From: Octopus sinensis | Taxonomy: Eukaryota | Length of the DNA stretch: 64,000 nucleotides | Assembly: GCF_006345805.1 (NCBI RefSeq) | Contig: NC_043004.1 | Span: 92,628,001-92,692,000 of the forward strand | Direction: 5' to 3' | Program-made: the position numbers and the translations under genes | Part shown: piece by piece, positions 40,611 through 54,724 of the stretch | How positions within the stretch are numbered: the first letter of the stretch is position 1 | Layout of the letters: each line of letters starts with the position of its first letter | The notes under the pieces: generated by a model | Database searches by the model: none | What the model was told of the DNA's origin: nothing | What the model saw: only the letters and a program-made list of their open reading frames with translations

Positions 40611-40625
40611 GTTGTTGTTGTTGTT
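39767..40625. repeat. ~860-bp imperfect (TAA)n-to-(TTA)n microsatellite
   Basis: Directly visible. The strand switch is near 39813. Confidence 0.97.
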
Positions 40626-40634
40626 GTTGTTGTT

Positions 40635-41347
<713 letters not shown>

Positions 41348-41351
41348 GATA

Positions 41352-41590
41352 GGGTGGTGTGGATTGGCAAGAGCGTCAGAGCATTGAACAAAAATTTTAA
41401 GCAGTTTTTCTTCTGACTTTTCAATTCTGAGTTCAAATCCTTCTGTAGTCAAATTTCGCCTTTCATCTCCCAATGGCCGATAAAACAAAGTTCTGCAGAG
41501 TAGCTGGTATCGACTAGCCAGCATCACCCACTCCATACACCACCACTACAACTCATAAAATTGTTAGTCTTGTGTCTAAATTAGAAACAA
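41352..41590 (+). mobile_element. Diverged group B SINE just upstream of exon 2
   Basis: ttctgagttcaaatcc..gtcaaatttcgcctttcatc segment. Confidence 0.55.
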
Positions 41591-41639
41591 GTTGTAGTAG
41601 ATGAAACATTTTACTTGTTTTAATATAACTTTATTTTAG

Positions 41640-41695
41640 ATACATGCTGCTTGTTTGGACGTTATTGTGCGGAAAATCCATTATCGTTGCTAACG
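41640..41695 (+). CDS. EGF-CFC exon 2, signal-peptide core (YMLLVWTLLCGKSIIVAN-G)
   Basis: Acceptor ttttattttag| and donor ACG|GTGAGT. 56 nt, phase 2 in and phase 1 out, hydrophobic stretch. Joins in frame to the EGF exon at 42628. Confidence 0.78.
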
Positions 41696-42156
41696 GTGAG
41701 TACCCTTGTTTGGTTAACACCTTATATTTTATGATTTTGTTTTGCTGAAAATCGGTTTTGTCTTTTCAGATTACATGTTAAGTATTTTTGGTTTAATTCA
41801 ATGATAATCTATATTGGCTAATTGCAAAATTGCAGCTCCTTTGTTTAACCAGTTCAGTTATAGGGAAAAAAACCAATTTGTTGAAGCTCTCTCTTTCTCT
41901 TTTCTTCATGTGTGTGTGTGTGTATGTGTGTGTGTGTGCGCGCGCGCGCGTGTGTGTGTGTGTATAGAAATATATGCATGTATATATGGATGTGGATGCA
42001 TGTATGTATGTATGCATATATGTATGCATATATGTATGCATACATAAAGATATATAATATCCATATGTGTGTGTGTGTACATTATACACACACACATGCG
42101 TCTTTGTCTTTCTTTCATAATATGTTACATACATATATATATATATATTATATATA

Positions 42157-42203
<47 letters not shown>

Positions 42204-42240
42204 CTTTTATATATATATATATATTATATATACATATATA

Positions 42241-42283
<43 letters not shown>

Positions 42284-42305
42284 ATATATAATATATATAC
42301 ATATA

Positions 42306-42338
<33 letters not shown>

Positions 42339-42627
42339 GTATATATATATATATTATATATACATATATATATTATATATACATACACACGCTCTGTGTC
42401 TATCGTTTTCTCTGTCAATCTATTATGAAGCAGTTATCTTACTTTACTTTCCATCTCTTTCACTTGCTTCCCTTTCTCTCTCTCTCTCCCTCTCTCTCTC
42501 TCTCTCGATATCATATATGTGTATGTGCTTGTATGAACGTGTTTGTGTACGTATGCATGTGCATACGTGAGTGTGTACATGTGTATATGTATAAAGCATT
42601 GTATTTAATCAAAACATCTACTTTCAG

Positions 42628-42706
42628 GTGAAAATAATTTGAAAACTACACAATGTTGTCAAAATGGAGGAACGTGCATTCTTGGAAGCTTTTGTGTCTG
42701 TCTTCA
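42628..42706 (+). CDS. TDGF1/CFC1-like: EGF-CFC (Cripto/Cryptic/oep-like) exon 3, N-terminal part of the variant EGF domain (ENNLKTTQCCQNGGTCILGSFCVCL)
   Basis: Acceptor ctttcag| and donor CA|GTAAGT. CCQNGGTCILGSFCVC matches the EGF-CFC signature (human Cripto CCLNGGTCMLGSFCAC), including the adjacent CC and the C-x-x-G-G-T-C O-fucosylation motif. Confidence 0.88.
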
Positions 42707-42779
42707 GTAAGTTGTCATCGACTTTCCCTAAGAAAAGAAAATTATTTCTTTATCTATTTTTTATTTATTTATTTAGTTT

Positions 42780-42905
42780 TTTATCCGAGGTCAACTTTGC
42801 TTTTCATTTCGGGAGTGGGGATTTAAGAACCAGTTGAATACTGGAATCGATGTCATCAACCAATGACCCAACTAAAATTGCTGGCCTTGCGCCAAAACTT
42901 TACAC
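42780..42905 (+). mobile_element. Group B SINE fragment
   Basis: ccgaggtcaactttgcttttcat..aaaattgctggccttgcgccaaa segment. Confidence 0.6.
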
Positions 42906-43324
42906 CATTTTTATATTTGTTTTTTGTTTTTTTATGGGGTTTTTTGTTGTTGTTTTTTTGCTTTTTTGCGATAGTTTTCTTTTATTGCGTATATCTACTA
43001 CCTTCCCGAAAGCAGTTCTGTGTGTCTTGAGTACTTACGCTGTTTTGCTTTGGTTTTGAGGTTTCTATTGCAGTACACGTATCCAATATAATATGCATTT
43101 GGGGCTTAGGCGTGCTTTTTTTTCTGTATGTTGTATGATTGTAAGTACCGGATTTTCGTTATGTATTTGTCTACATACTCTTTCTAAGCCTCACGACAGC
43201 TCTTATAAAGATTACTTCCAGTACTCAAATCTGAGTTATCTCTATTTTTATATCTTTATATTTGTACAATTTCTCCATCATTTTTATAAATGCAAGGGGT
43301 TATTGTAAAAAGTTCCTGGCTTTA

Positions 43325-43469
43325 AAAGTTTTTATCGATCCCGAGAGGATGAAAAGCGAAGCTGACCTTGGCGGAATTTGAATCCAGGACAAAGATCATG
43401 AAGAAAAGCGTCAAAGAACTTTGTCCGACTCGCTGATCATTTCATCAGCTTGCCTCCTTTTTTACAAAT

Positions 43470-43539
<70 letters not shown>

Positions 43540-43830
43540 TCGGAGTTGCCAAATTAAGTGCCAGGGAAACACTGGGGTCGATGTAATCGACTAGTCACCG
43601 CCACCAAAAAAACTTCGGGCTTGTACCTTTAATAGAAAGGGATATCATTATTATTATTGTTGTTGTTGTTGTTACTTAGAAATTTTGTGGTGTAGGTATA
43701 GTCAAATATATCGACCCCAGTAATTGACTACTGCTTTATTTTATTACTTTGGGAAGATGAAAGGCAAATTTGACTTCGGTGAGATTTGAACTCGGAACGT
43801 AAACATCCGAAACAAATCCTGTAAGACATT
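43325..43830. mobile_element. Cluster of group B SINE fragments around a (TTA)n tract
   Basis: gatgaaaagcgaagctgaccttggcggaatttg, ggggtcgatgtaatcgac and gaaaggcaaatttgacttcgg segments. Confidence 0.6.
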
Positions 43831-43958
43831 TTGTCCAATAATTATTTCAAACAAACATACACATTATATGTCTGTAGAGTTAGGGAAAGTTGTTTAAATC
43901 GAATGTCTTACTTATTTCACCAGAAGTTGAACTCAAAACATAAACGGCCATAAGTAAA

Positions 43959-44204
43959 TACGAGGGGTGCTGCAATGTTCCTGACTTTAAGGGTCTCACC
44001 TGGTTCGAGACCCAACCTTTTGAGGTATTTTAGTAAGTGTGTAATAAGTTCAATAAGTATGTGAATCTGAGAGGGGAACAGGTCGAGGGGAATTTGTTGA
44101 GGGGAATCTGTTGAGGGGAATGAAAGGGAAATAAAGTCATAATTAACTGATCCTGCTGTATTTCCTTTTACCCAAAGCCAGAAACTTTTCAACACACCCA
44201 TGTA
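43959..44204 (+). mobile_element. Non-autonomous mariner/Tc1 element (MITE-like)
   Basis: TIRs tacgaggggtgctg..gttcctg / aaagccagaaacttttc..cccatgta. The interior encodes a remnant of a mariner transposase C-terminus (..NLRG..). Confidence 0.75.
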
Positions 44205-44876
44205 CATTATAATCTATTGATGCTTCAATGAGGAGTCTATTATATTCCTTGGTGCCCTTCACTATAATATCTAATCGATTGCCCTTGATCTCCCTGTCTA
44301 TGCACATTGGCTTACCCCAGAGAATGGTTACTTTCTCATTCTTTGGGATCTTTTCTTGCGTAAACCTATGCCTTTACATTTCTGTTGATATTTCATAATG
44401 CTGGTATAATTTCCTGTGAGTCTAAGTTTTTATACTCTCATGCCTGTAGATATATCGTTTCTAAGTTAAGACTAGGATCCCAGAGTCAAAACGGTTGATT
44501 GTTCTTTTTTTTTCCCCATCTTCACAAATTCTGCCCTTAGTGTATCCTGCTGCTTCATTACTTGCTTTTAGTGAATTCTGATAGGAAAGTTAAATTTTAT
44601 TTTTGGAGTTGTTCTTTTGTGACCGGGCTACACACTTTTTGCTTCGCATTTATTATCTTAATTATGGTTTGATTTAGTTACAATACAACCATATATTTAT
44701 TCTGTGCTTTTAATTTATATCGGATTTATAAAAGGTTCAAAGTGTAATGTTTTTACGCAAACTTTCGTTTATACTTAACATTGTGCTTCCTATCACCACT
44801 CGTTTTTGTAAGCATCGTGTATAAGGATCTACTGTTAGTTATATTTAAGAAACCTTGTGGCCAATAGAAAATGTAC

Positions 44877-44912
<36 letters not shown>

Positions 44913-45055
44913 CAGCAGCAGCAGTATAGTTTCATATGTATGGAAGCTCTTATGCTATTATATCAGTATATATAACACCACGCAAAATAACACCCATACC
45001 TACATGGTCACAGACATACACACAGGAACTCAAACAGACAGACAGACACACACGC

Positions 45056-45094
<39 letters not shown>

Positions 45095-45996
45095 GATATG
45101 TATGTATGTTTGTATGTATGTGTATATATATATATAAATGGAACAAAAATGCAATAGAGGCCATAAAGATGGTTCGATCTGGTTGCCCCCAAAAATGTCT
45201 AAGCTAAGAGCATTAGACCCCTTTGTAAGAAAGCTAGCGAATGTGTACAGCAACAAAGACAAGAAAACAAATAAACAAAGAACGGAGAACATCGTACACA
45301 ATTGCGAATACAAACAACAAGAAATAACAACAGGAGACTTTTGATTGAGAACGAATCAAATTGAGCTGGCGTGTATGAAGAGAAAGCCTAAAGGCAGGAA
45401 CATGGGGGATATACACAAGAGGTGTTGACGGTCGGCAGTCAGGCCAAGAAAGAAAGATCATGGCTGGCCGGACACCGGTCACGAGTAAGGTGGAGAGATG
45501 GGTGGGGGACAGCGGGATTGAAGGATTAGAAAAAAATCAGAGACAAAGAGAAAGGTACAAGGGAGATAAACGAGTGGGAAATAGTGGGAGTTAAAGAAAG
45601 ATGGGACCAAGAAATGTGACAGAGAGGAAGCGAGAAAAAGGAAGGAAAATGAGAGGGGGAATAAAAGATAGAGTAAGAGTCGTACAAAATTTAGATACAT
45701 GTCTTCTGTAAGGTGAGCACAAGGGTGTACGTACGCCGCTATATATATGTAAAGATAAAAATGGGGGGGGGGGAAACGCAAGATGGTTCGAACAGGTTGC
45801 CCCAATAAAGTCTATATTTGAGTATATAATTCTTAAGCTCGAAACGTCAAACACACTTCCTCTTTCTCAATCTCTACGGCTTCTTTTCAGTTTGTATTCT
45901 GTACTGTTGTTTTCACCGATTATGTTGAGCATAGATAGCTAAAGAGATAGATAGATAGATAGATAGATAGATATATAGATAGATAGATAGATAGAC

Positions 45997-46033
<37 letters not shown>

Positions 46034-46347
46034 CTTACATACATACATATATACATACATACATACATAGCTATATAAATACATACATACTTTCATACAT
46101 ATCTACTTACGTATACATATATATCATATATATACTATATACATAGTTATGTACGTATGTATAAACATACAGAGGAATACATATGCATATATATATTTGT
46201 ATATATATACATGTATGTCTATATACTATATTTGTTCCACGTCCTCGCGTTGTTGTGTTTTTTTGTGCTTTCTTGTTTGGATTAACTTTATATATATATA
46301 CATATTTATATATATATATACATATATATATATACATATATATATAC

Positions 46348-46426
<79 letters not shown>

Positions 46427-46437
46427 ATATATATATA

Positions 46438-46469
<32 letters not shown>

Positions 46470-46929
46470 GCATCCATCCACTTCTCGTGCTCCAATCCCC
46501 TCCACCTCTACCTTCTATCCTTACCTTTTACCAATATATTTCTAATTGTGTCAGGAATAATTTTTAATTTCTGTTTCAATTTGAAAATATTTACCTTCAG
46601 ATAATGGCTTCCTTTATTTTTTTTTACTTCTCTCATTAATTGCTTTCTCATTATAAATCTCGATTGAAACGTGACATCACAAACCTTACCAACCCCAGCA
46701 CCAGCTCCAACACTAACGCAGCTAACATTACTATCAGCAAAACCTAACGCCATCAACACTATTAATGCTGCCACAGTCGCCAGCATCGCTATCAACACTA
46801 CTATCAACACCACTACCAAAACCACCAACTAATACCGCCAACAACAACCACAAACTCTGCAACTATTTAAACCAATATTACCAACACGAGCACAACTTCC
46901 AACATCACCACCAACAGCAGCAACAGTGT

Positions 46930-47005
46930 GGAGGCGCAATGGCCCAGTGGTTAAGGCAACGGACTCGCGGTCGTAAGAACGCGGTTTCGATTCCCAGACC
47001 GGGCA
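46930..47005 (+). mobile_element. tRNA-like head of group C SINE
   Basis: ggaggcgcaatggcccagtgg (A box) and gtttcgattccc (B box), same as at 55999. Confidence 0.8.
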
Positions 47006-47189
47006 TGTGCAAAAACAGGAGCGCTATAGGTACAAACCTAGAATTTTTTATTGTTATTTGCGGGGAGGGAACAAGCCGACACTCCGCAAGATTCCGAGTT
47101 CGATTCCAAGCAGTGACCTGAACAATAATAATAATAATAATAATAATACTAACAACAACAACAACAACAGCAACAACAACAACAACAAC

Positions 47190-47372
47190 ATCGAAAAATA
47201 CCTTAGGAATGAGAACCCAGGTTCGAAATTTCTCCGAGACAGCTGAAGAAGGCTGGAGGGTATATCAGCCGAAACATTGCGTTAACAACAAACAAGATGA
47301 GGACAAATATCCGTCGAATGCAAGTAATGCAAATAATGTACATAATTCCTCATTTCTTAAATATAGAACTGT
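47190..47372 (+). mobile_element. Short Penelope pLTR-like element with degenerate hammerhead
   Basis: CTGAAGA-A-GGCTG(gagggtatat)CAGCC-GAAAC at 47243-47275. Helices I and III are broken. Confidence 0.55.
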
Positions 47373-47615
47373 AATGTTAAGGTGTTAAGCTGTTCACATT
47401 TACTTAGAAGAATCTTTAAAACCTTCCCAAATAAAGAAGTACTGGTTAATGTACCTTAATATAATAGGTTGAATCTCGCTTTCTCTGTCAACTATATCTA
47501 GTAGATACAGTTCAACTAGTATTATTTAGCAGTAACAATAATATTTATTTGATCAAGTCATATCTATCTAATTATTTTATCAAATTATTTTACATATCTT
47601 AATTTTACTATTATT

Positions 47616-47654
<39 letters not shown>

Positions 47655-47679
47655 GCTACTGCTGATGTTGTTGTTGTTT

Positions 47680-47813
47680 TCGAATGCCGCCGAGGTTGAC
47701 TTGGCCTTTCTTCCTTTCGGGGTCGATAAATTAAGTACCAGTTACGCACTATGTCGATGTAATTGACTATCCCCCTTCCCCACATTCCAGGCCCTGTATC
47801 TATTGTAGAAAGG

Positions 47814-47881
<68 letters not shown>

Positions 47882-47924
47882 TATTATCATTATTATATTA
47901 TTATTATTATTATTATTATTATCA

Positions 47925-47972
<48 letters not shown>

Positions 47973-47976
47973 TATA

Positions 47977-48013
<37 letters not shown>

Positions 48014-48018
48014 TATTA

Positions 48019-48061
<43 letters not shown>

Positions 48062-48084
48062 TATTATTATTATTACTATTATTA

Positions 48085-48134
<50 letters not shown>

Positions 48135-48295
48135 GCCGTTGTTGTTTTCGAATGCTGCCGAGGTCGACTTTGCCTTTCATCCTTTTGGAGTCGATTAAAT
48201 AAGTACCAGTTGAACACTGGGGCCGATGTAATCAACTTAACATCCACCCCCACCCCCCGAAATTGCTGGCTTTGTGCCAAAATTTGAAGCCAATA
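47680..48295 (+). mobile_element. Two group B SINE fragments separated by a ~320-bp (TTA)n tract
   Basis: ccgaggt(t/c)gactt..cctttc..ggggtcgataaattaagtaccagtt at about 47690 and 48160. Confidence 0.7.
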
Positions 48296-49371
48296 TCATT
48301 CTTATGGTTGTTGCTGTTGTTTTTATCTTTGTTGCTGCTGTTATTTTATAGTTAGGGTTAGTATCATTATCATTTTATAATTTTAAATACTGTAATTGAT
48401 TGTTTAATTATTATTTCTTTATTAGTTTTAATTACTTTTATAATTATTTTTTATTACCTTTTAATTTTCTTTTCTTTTAATTATTTTTACCTTAGTTTTT
48501 AATCTTTTTTATCTTAATTAATCCTAACCATATTATAAGAATTTTAATTTTTAAGATTTATTCTTTTAAGGAACATCTTTCTTTTGAGATAGAATATCTT
48601 CTTTAGTAAATAATAACTCCATTATTTTCCATTAGAATTTCAATTAACTTTTCCTTTCTTCTTCTACTCATTATTTATATTTAGATTTAATACTGATCAA
48701 ATGACATTTCCATCGTAAACTAAATAATTATCTGCTGAATAGCCTCGTCTTACGTACCTCTGTCTATTTCAAATGGTCAGTAATAGTTTAAATCGGGTAG
48801 GAAATTTTGCCTTAAACATTCTTCATGCTAACGGGTAGGATTTAGGAAACTAAGTATCATATTATAATACATTTCTAGTATGATCTAATAAACACTATTC
48901 CTAAGTAGGTCTGCTGAAATGCCTCCTTTACTCCTTACACTGGTCAAACAATATCTATCTTCCTTACAATGTTCACTATTCTAAGCAGTGAGGTAACTTT
49001 TGATAAGGATAGGACGGCATTAAATTTATCTCAGTAGAATCTTCGTCAACTAATATACGGAATCAATTGATATGTATGGTTACTACATCGCAGAATTTTC
49101 AAATGTTAGACTATCTGAAACGTTTTTAAGCAAATTCAAGAATGTATAATTCGCCATTCTTTATCGACTTTTCTATACTCTGCGACCTTATACTATATTT
49201 ATTTGGTGTTTGAACTTCGGATTTGCAATGTGAACAGACAGCAAAAAGTACTTTTACGGCTGACCTGGATTACAATGGATTTCACTGGACAACTTAGTTA
49301 CCCAAATAAACCCTACGGAGTACTTATAAAGAATTCTCCTGCATTTTCAATACCTTTCTTTCCATTCTTAT

Positions 49372-49519
49372 ATATATATAAATATATTTATATATAGAGG
49401 GCATTATACATACATGCCAGAAGGCATTATACATACAAGCCACACGCTAAGAGGGACAATTAGTCATTTCTACCAAAAATATTACTAATCCCACCGAATG
49501 CAATTTTTCAAAGTAAGAC

Positions 49520-49579
<60 letters not shown>

Positions 49580-49711
49580 TTATATATAGAGGGCATTATA
49601 CATACATGCCAGAAGGCATTATACATACAAGCCACACGCTAAGAGGGACAATTAGTCATTTCTACCAAAAATATTACTAATCCCACCGAATGCAATTTTT
49701 CAAAGTAAGAC

Positions 49712-49755
<44 letters not shown>
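49372..49755. repeat. Tandem duplication, 192-bp period, bounded by (TA)n
   Basis: gagggcattatacatacatgccagaagg...aaagtaagac occurs at 49397 and 49589. Confidence 0.9.
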
Positions 49756-49805
<50 letters not shown>

Positions 49806-49858
49806 ATACATAGAAACGCACATACATACATACATACATACATACATACATACATACA

Positions 49859-49891
<33 letters not shown>

Positions 49892-50589
49892 TTATACATA
49901 CATGCGTGCGTTTATAAATATATGTATAAATATGTGTGTGCATAAACATATTATATAGACATATACAATATGCATATGTATATATATATTTATATACACA
50001 CACGTGCATACACGCTAGTATATAGTTTAATGCATATACACTCATATTACTGTGTGTGTATGTGTGTGTGTGTGCGTGCTCGCGTGTGTGTACAGTGAAG
50101 GAGATGTAAAGTTGTGAAACAATCCATCCATCTCCTCGTTATCATTGATTAACTAAAGGTCTCTCTCGTCTACTACTTTGTAATTTGTTGCAATTGTCAT
50201 GCTGAATCAATTCTTCGTAATTTGTTCAAACAAATTGCATACATTTGGAACAGAAAGATAGGGAGAGTATTGGTGTGGAGAGGAGACGTATAGAGATAGC
50301 GATAGACATAGAGATGGAGATAGAGAGATAGAGATGGAGATGAAGATATATTAAGAGAGGTAAAAATAAAACATGGATGTATTGGAAAGAAAAGATACGA
50401 GTATGATAGAGCACCAGTGTGGTGGTCTGGTGTGGAATGCCGCAGTGTAGTTTATTGTAATAAAGTCTGGAGAAGAGGAAGCAGTCAGAAAAACGTGCAG
50501 GAGCGGAGAGGGGGGTAAAAGTACGTTTGAGAGTAAAAGGGAAGTAAGAGTGGTGTGGTATTTATTTAATTTTAAAATTACTTCGTCAT

Positions 50590-50673
50590 TACATTCTATA
50601 GTTAAACAAAATTTGCATATGTATATATATATATTACACATACAAAGATACATGCATATATATATATATATGC

Positions 50674-50721
<48 letters not shown>

Positions 50722-50740
50722 CACATACAAAGATACATGC

Positions 50741-50778
<38 letters not shown>

Positions 50779-50885
50779 TACATATATACATACATATATA
50801 TATATATATATGTATGTATGCATATATATATATATATATTACACATACAAAGATACATACATATATATATATATATGCATACATG

Positions 50886-50934
<49 letters not shown>

Positions 50935-50979
50935 GTATGCATATATATATATATATATGCATGTATCTTTGTATGTGTA

Positions 50980-51047
<68 letters not shown>

Positions 51048-51048
51048 G

Positions 51049-51084
<36 letters not shown>

Positions 51085-51100
51085 TATATAAATAGTATGT
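50590..51100. repeat. (TA)n-dominated tract with embedded 25-bp direct and inverted motif; representative of many (TA)n/(TG)n/(CATA)n tracts in the window
   Basis: attacacatacaaagatacat occurs at about 50632, 50718 and 50838, and inverted at about 50960. Confidence 0.85.
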
Positions 51101-51140
51101 ACATATGAATATATGAATGCATGAATGTGTAGGTATGTAA

Positions 51141-51180
<40 letters not shown>

Positions 51181-51391
51181 TTATTTGTGTATCTGTATAA
51201 TTGAAATGATTCATAATGTGCGTGTGTCTGTGTAAAGAGAGTGAGAGAGAGAGGAGAGGAGAGGAGAAAATTGTAAAATCATTCAATATATTTTAATAAT
51301 ACACATAAACACACATGCACTCGTATGTGCATGTGTCGTATGTGCATAGAGACATTGATGGATATATATGTGTATGTGTGTACATATATAC

Positions 51392-51474
<83 letters not shown>

Positions 51475-51748
51475 GCATATATATATATAAAGACATAACT
51501 ACACTCGCGCGCTTAACCGAGTTTACATGCTGTATTTTGTGTGTATGAGAACGTTATTATTGCTTGCATCACTCAACATGTATCATAAACAGCCTTATGT
51601 ATGTCCGTGTATGCGAATGCGTGCGTATGCATGTATAGATATGCGTGTATACAGATCTATATTAGTTAGCCATATGTATATTATCACGAATACGCACATA
51701 TGCATACGAACCAAACACCACACACACATATGTGTGTGTATATATGTA

Positions 51749-51784
<36 letters not shown>

Positions 51785-51857
51785 TGTATGTATGTATGTA
51801 TGTATGTATATACATATCTATACACATATATGTATGTGTGTATATATCTATACACAC

Positions 51858-51889
<32 letters not shown>

Positions 51890-52096
51890 CGATTTATGCG
51901 TGGTGCGAGTTCCATCTGTATGTCTGAGAGTGATAAACAAAAAGACAAAGGGAGGGAGAGAGAAAGAGAGAGACAGAGAGTGAGAGAGTAAAGAGAAACA
52001 ACACATGATTAAAAGTATTGGCAGAAGGCAAATGTGCATGAGAGAGGAAGATGGAGGGATTGAGAGATAGAGATAGAGAGAGAGAGAGATAAACAG

Positions 52097-52176
<80 letters not shown>

Positions 52177-52298
52177 GAGGGAGGGAGAGAGGTAGTGGGA
52201 AAGAAGAAAAGAGGGAAATCAGATCAGAGACAGAGAATGGACTTCATTGACAGACAAAGAGAGAAGTGGAACAAGAAAGAAAGTGAGAGAGGCAGCCA

Positions 52299-52338
<40 letters not shown>

Positions 52339-52646
52339 TGTGTCTAATGAGGTAAAAGAAGAAGAAGAAGAAGAGGAAAAAAGGCGAAATCTAATATTGA
52401 GAAAGACGAATGTGGAATAGACGACCGAGATTTTTCATCGTTGATTTGAAATCATCGACTTACATAAAAATAAACAACTGGGTTGAACGTGTGGAAACAG
52501 GGTGTGGACATGGTGCGATATGTTGGTTTGCCTCGTTATATTCATTGGATTGTTTACTACGTAGCTGATGCAATATCGTAGTTGTTATTTCATTTCCATA
52601 TTATTTATACACTAACTAAAATATTGTTGTTGTTGTTGTTGTGAAA

Positions 52647-52845
52647 GCGGCGAGCTGACAGGACAGTTAGCACGGTGGGCAAACGGCTTAGCAGCATTTC
52701 AAAAACGTCTTTGCGTTCTTAGTTCAAATTCCGCCGAGGTCGACTTTGTCTTTCATCCTTTTGAGGTCGATAAAATAAGTACCAGTTGAACACTGGGATT
52801 GATGTAATGACTCATCACCACCTCCTCCAAGCTGCCCTTGCAAAT
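52647..52845 (+). mobile_element. Group B SINE
   Basis: gcggcgagctgacaggacagttagc head and ttcaaattccgccgaggtcgactttg body. Confidence 0.8.
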
Positions 52846-52883
52846 AATAATAATAATTTGCAATTATTATTATTTTTATTATT

Positions 52884-52943
<60 letters not shown>

Positions 52944-54153
52944 TCATCATCATCATTATTATTGTTATTCATTTGGTTTGGCTCAGGTTCGGTTTTATTC
53001 CTGATAGGATTTATGTGGGTAGCGGGTTACTACCTTTAACCTCAGGTATTCACAAATTTTCAGCCAGTTTTCAAGTGCTTAGAAACCTCCTGGTAATACG
53101 TGTATAATTTCATGGGGTGCTTCGGAACTACCCACATACAAACCTGGTTTATCCTGATACATCAAAAGCAAATACTTTCCCCCCAGTCCTTGCGCCAAAC
53201 TACAGACTCAGAGTTAGGGAGAAACCATTTAATCACGCAAATTTTTCCACTCTCACTGACTTTTCACAAAATGTATTAGAGGGTAGTACTCCCCTGCTTT
53301 CTTTCTCCTTCCTCTTTAAGTAATGCGTATAGAAGTTGATTTAACAGCTTACCCTGAAAGAAAAAGCTCTGTGTTCACATCTTTGAATGTCTCATCTATG
53401 CAACTTCGTTTATCATTACCATCAGACAGAGGTAGACTACTTGCAACTTCTTGCCAAAAGAAGGACAACAATATTTCCCCAAGTGAAGATCAATCTAATA
53501 CACATATAATTTCTGCCCAACCATTTATTTGCTTGTAATTTATAAACTGGCCTCTAAAATATTATACAACAGAACAATTGAACATTTACAAATGAAAAAA
53601 ACCTTATTCCAGCGACATTCCAAGTTGGTAGTACATTTTACAGTTACTCTTGAGCTGAATTATTGTAAAGGACAAACTGGGGCACTAGAGAGGGTGAAAA
53701 TATATCGGGCTTATCCACTATCTCGTCTTTATAATGACCTACAATTATATACCACAAATGGTTCCAGATTTAAGAGTCTACTTGGTATTTTCATTGGTAT
53801 TATCAAGCAATCTAACGAGGACTTTAAACTGTTCCTTGGACAGGAAAAAAATGGAAAAAGTATCAAAACAACGAGGCTAACTGATATGTTATACAGATAC
53901 TATAAAAATCTTCAGAAGTAAGTTAATATAGAAGTTAGACAATTATAGTAAATAGTTGAGCATAAATTGAAAGTATGGGTGTGAAAGCAGTACGAATGAA
54001 AATTAGAAATATATATTTCGACTCTAAAAATATTTTAGAATGTCATCCCTGTAGTGAATGAGCTATCTGTGCTTTTCAATACCAACTATAACATTTTATT
54101 TCGTTTTGGGATTTGGTTTGCAAGATTCTTTATATGAGTTCGTGTGTTGAAGC

Positions 54154-54328
54154 ATATTCTGTTGCGTCTGGGGAGAGTCATTTTCTTTTTGTGCCTTATA
54201 ATTTAACATACTCACCGGTAAAATTTCCACTTATTTTTATATAAGAAATAAGTGGAAATTTTACCGGTGAGTGTGTTAAATTATAAGGCACAAAAAGAAA
54301 ATGACTCTCCCCAGACACAACAGAATAT
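54154..54328. repeat. Near-perfect 175-bp palindrome (~83-bp arms)
   Basis: atattctgttgcgtctgggagagtcattttc..ccacttattt pairs with aaataagtgg..gaaaatgactctccccagacacaacagaatat. About 3 differences, loop ttatataag. Confidence 0.9.
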
Positions 54329-54469
54329 AACATTTTACTTTTCTCGTACTATAATAATTTATGCCTGTATATAAACGTTTTGTACAACATAAGTCAAACC
54401 GTATCCGGAAAATTGCCGTAAGAAATTTCGCCATTAGACAAATTCGTTGTATGGACAATTATCTTTTGT

Positions 54470-54700
54470 ATTTTATTTGTTTCAGTCATTAGACTGCAGC
54501 CATGCTGGGGCATCGCCTTCACGAATTTTTAGCCGAATGAATTGACCCCAGTACTTTTATTTTTTTAAACCTGGTACTTATTCTATTGATCACTTTACCG
54601 AACCGCTAGGGTGCGGGGAAATAAACACACCAACACCGATTATCAAGCGGCAATGGAGGACAAACACAGAAACAGACACACACACACACACACACACACA
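54470..54700 (-). mobile_element. Group A SINE 3' half
   Basis: ttcagtcattagactgcagccatgctggggc..ggacaaacacag segment. Confidence 0.7.
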
Positions 54701-54724
54701 CATCTATCTATATAATATATGCAT

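Noticed and set aside
52480-52590. Cys/Trp-containing frames (GCGHGAICW; VWTWCDMLVC) as a possible CFC exon
   Set aside because: Cysteine spacing does not fit the CFC domain and there is no suitable phase-matched acceptor.
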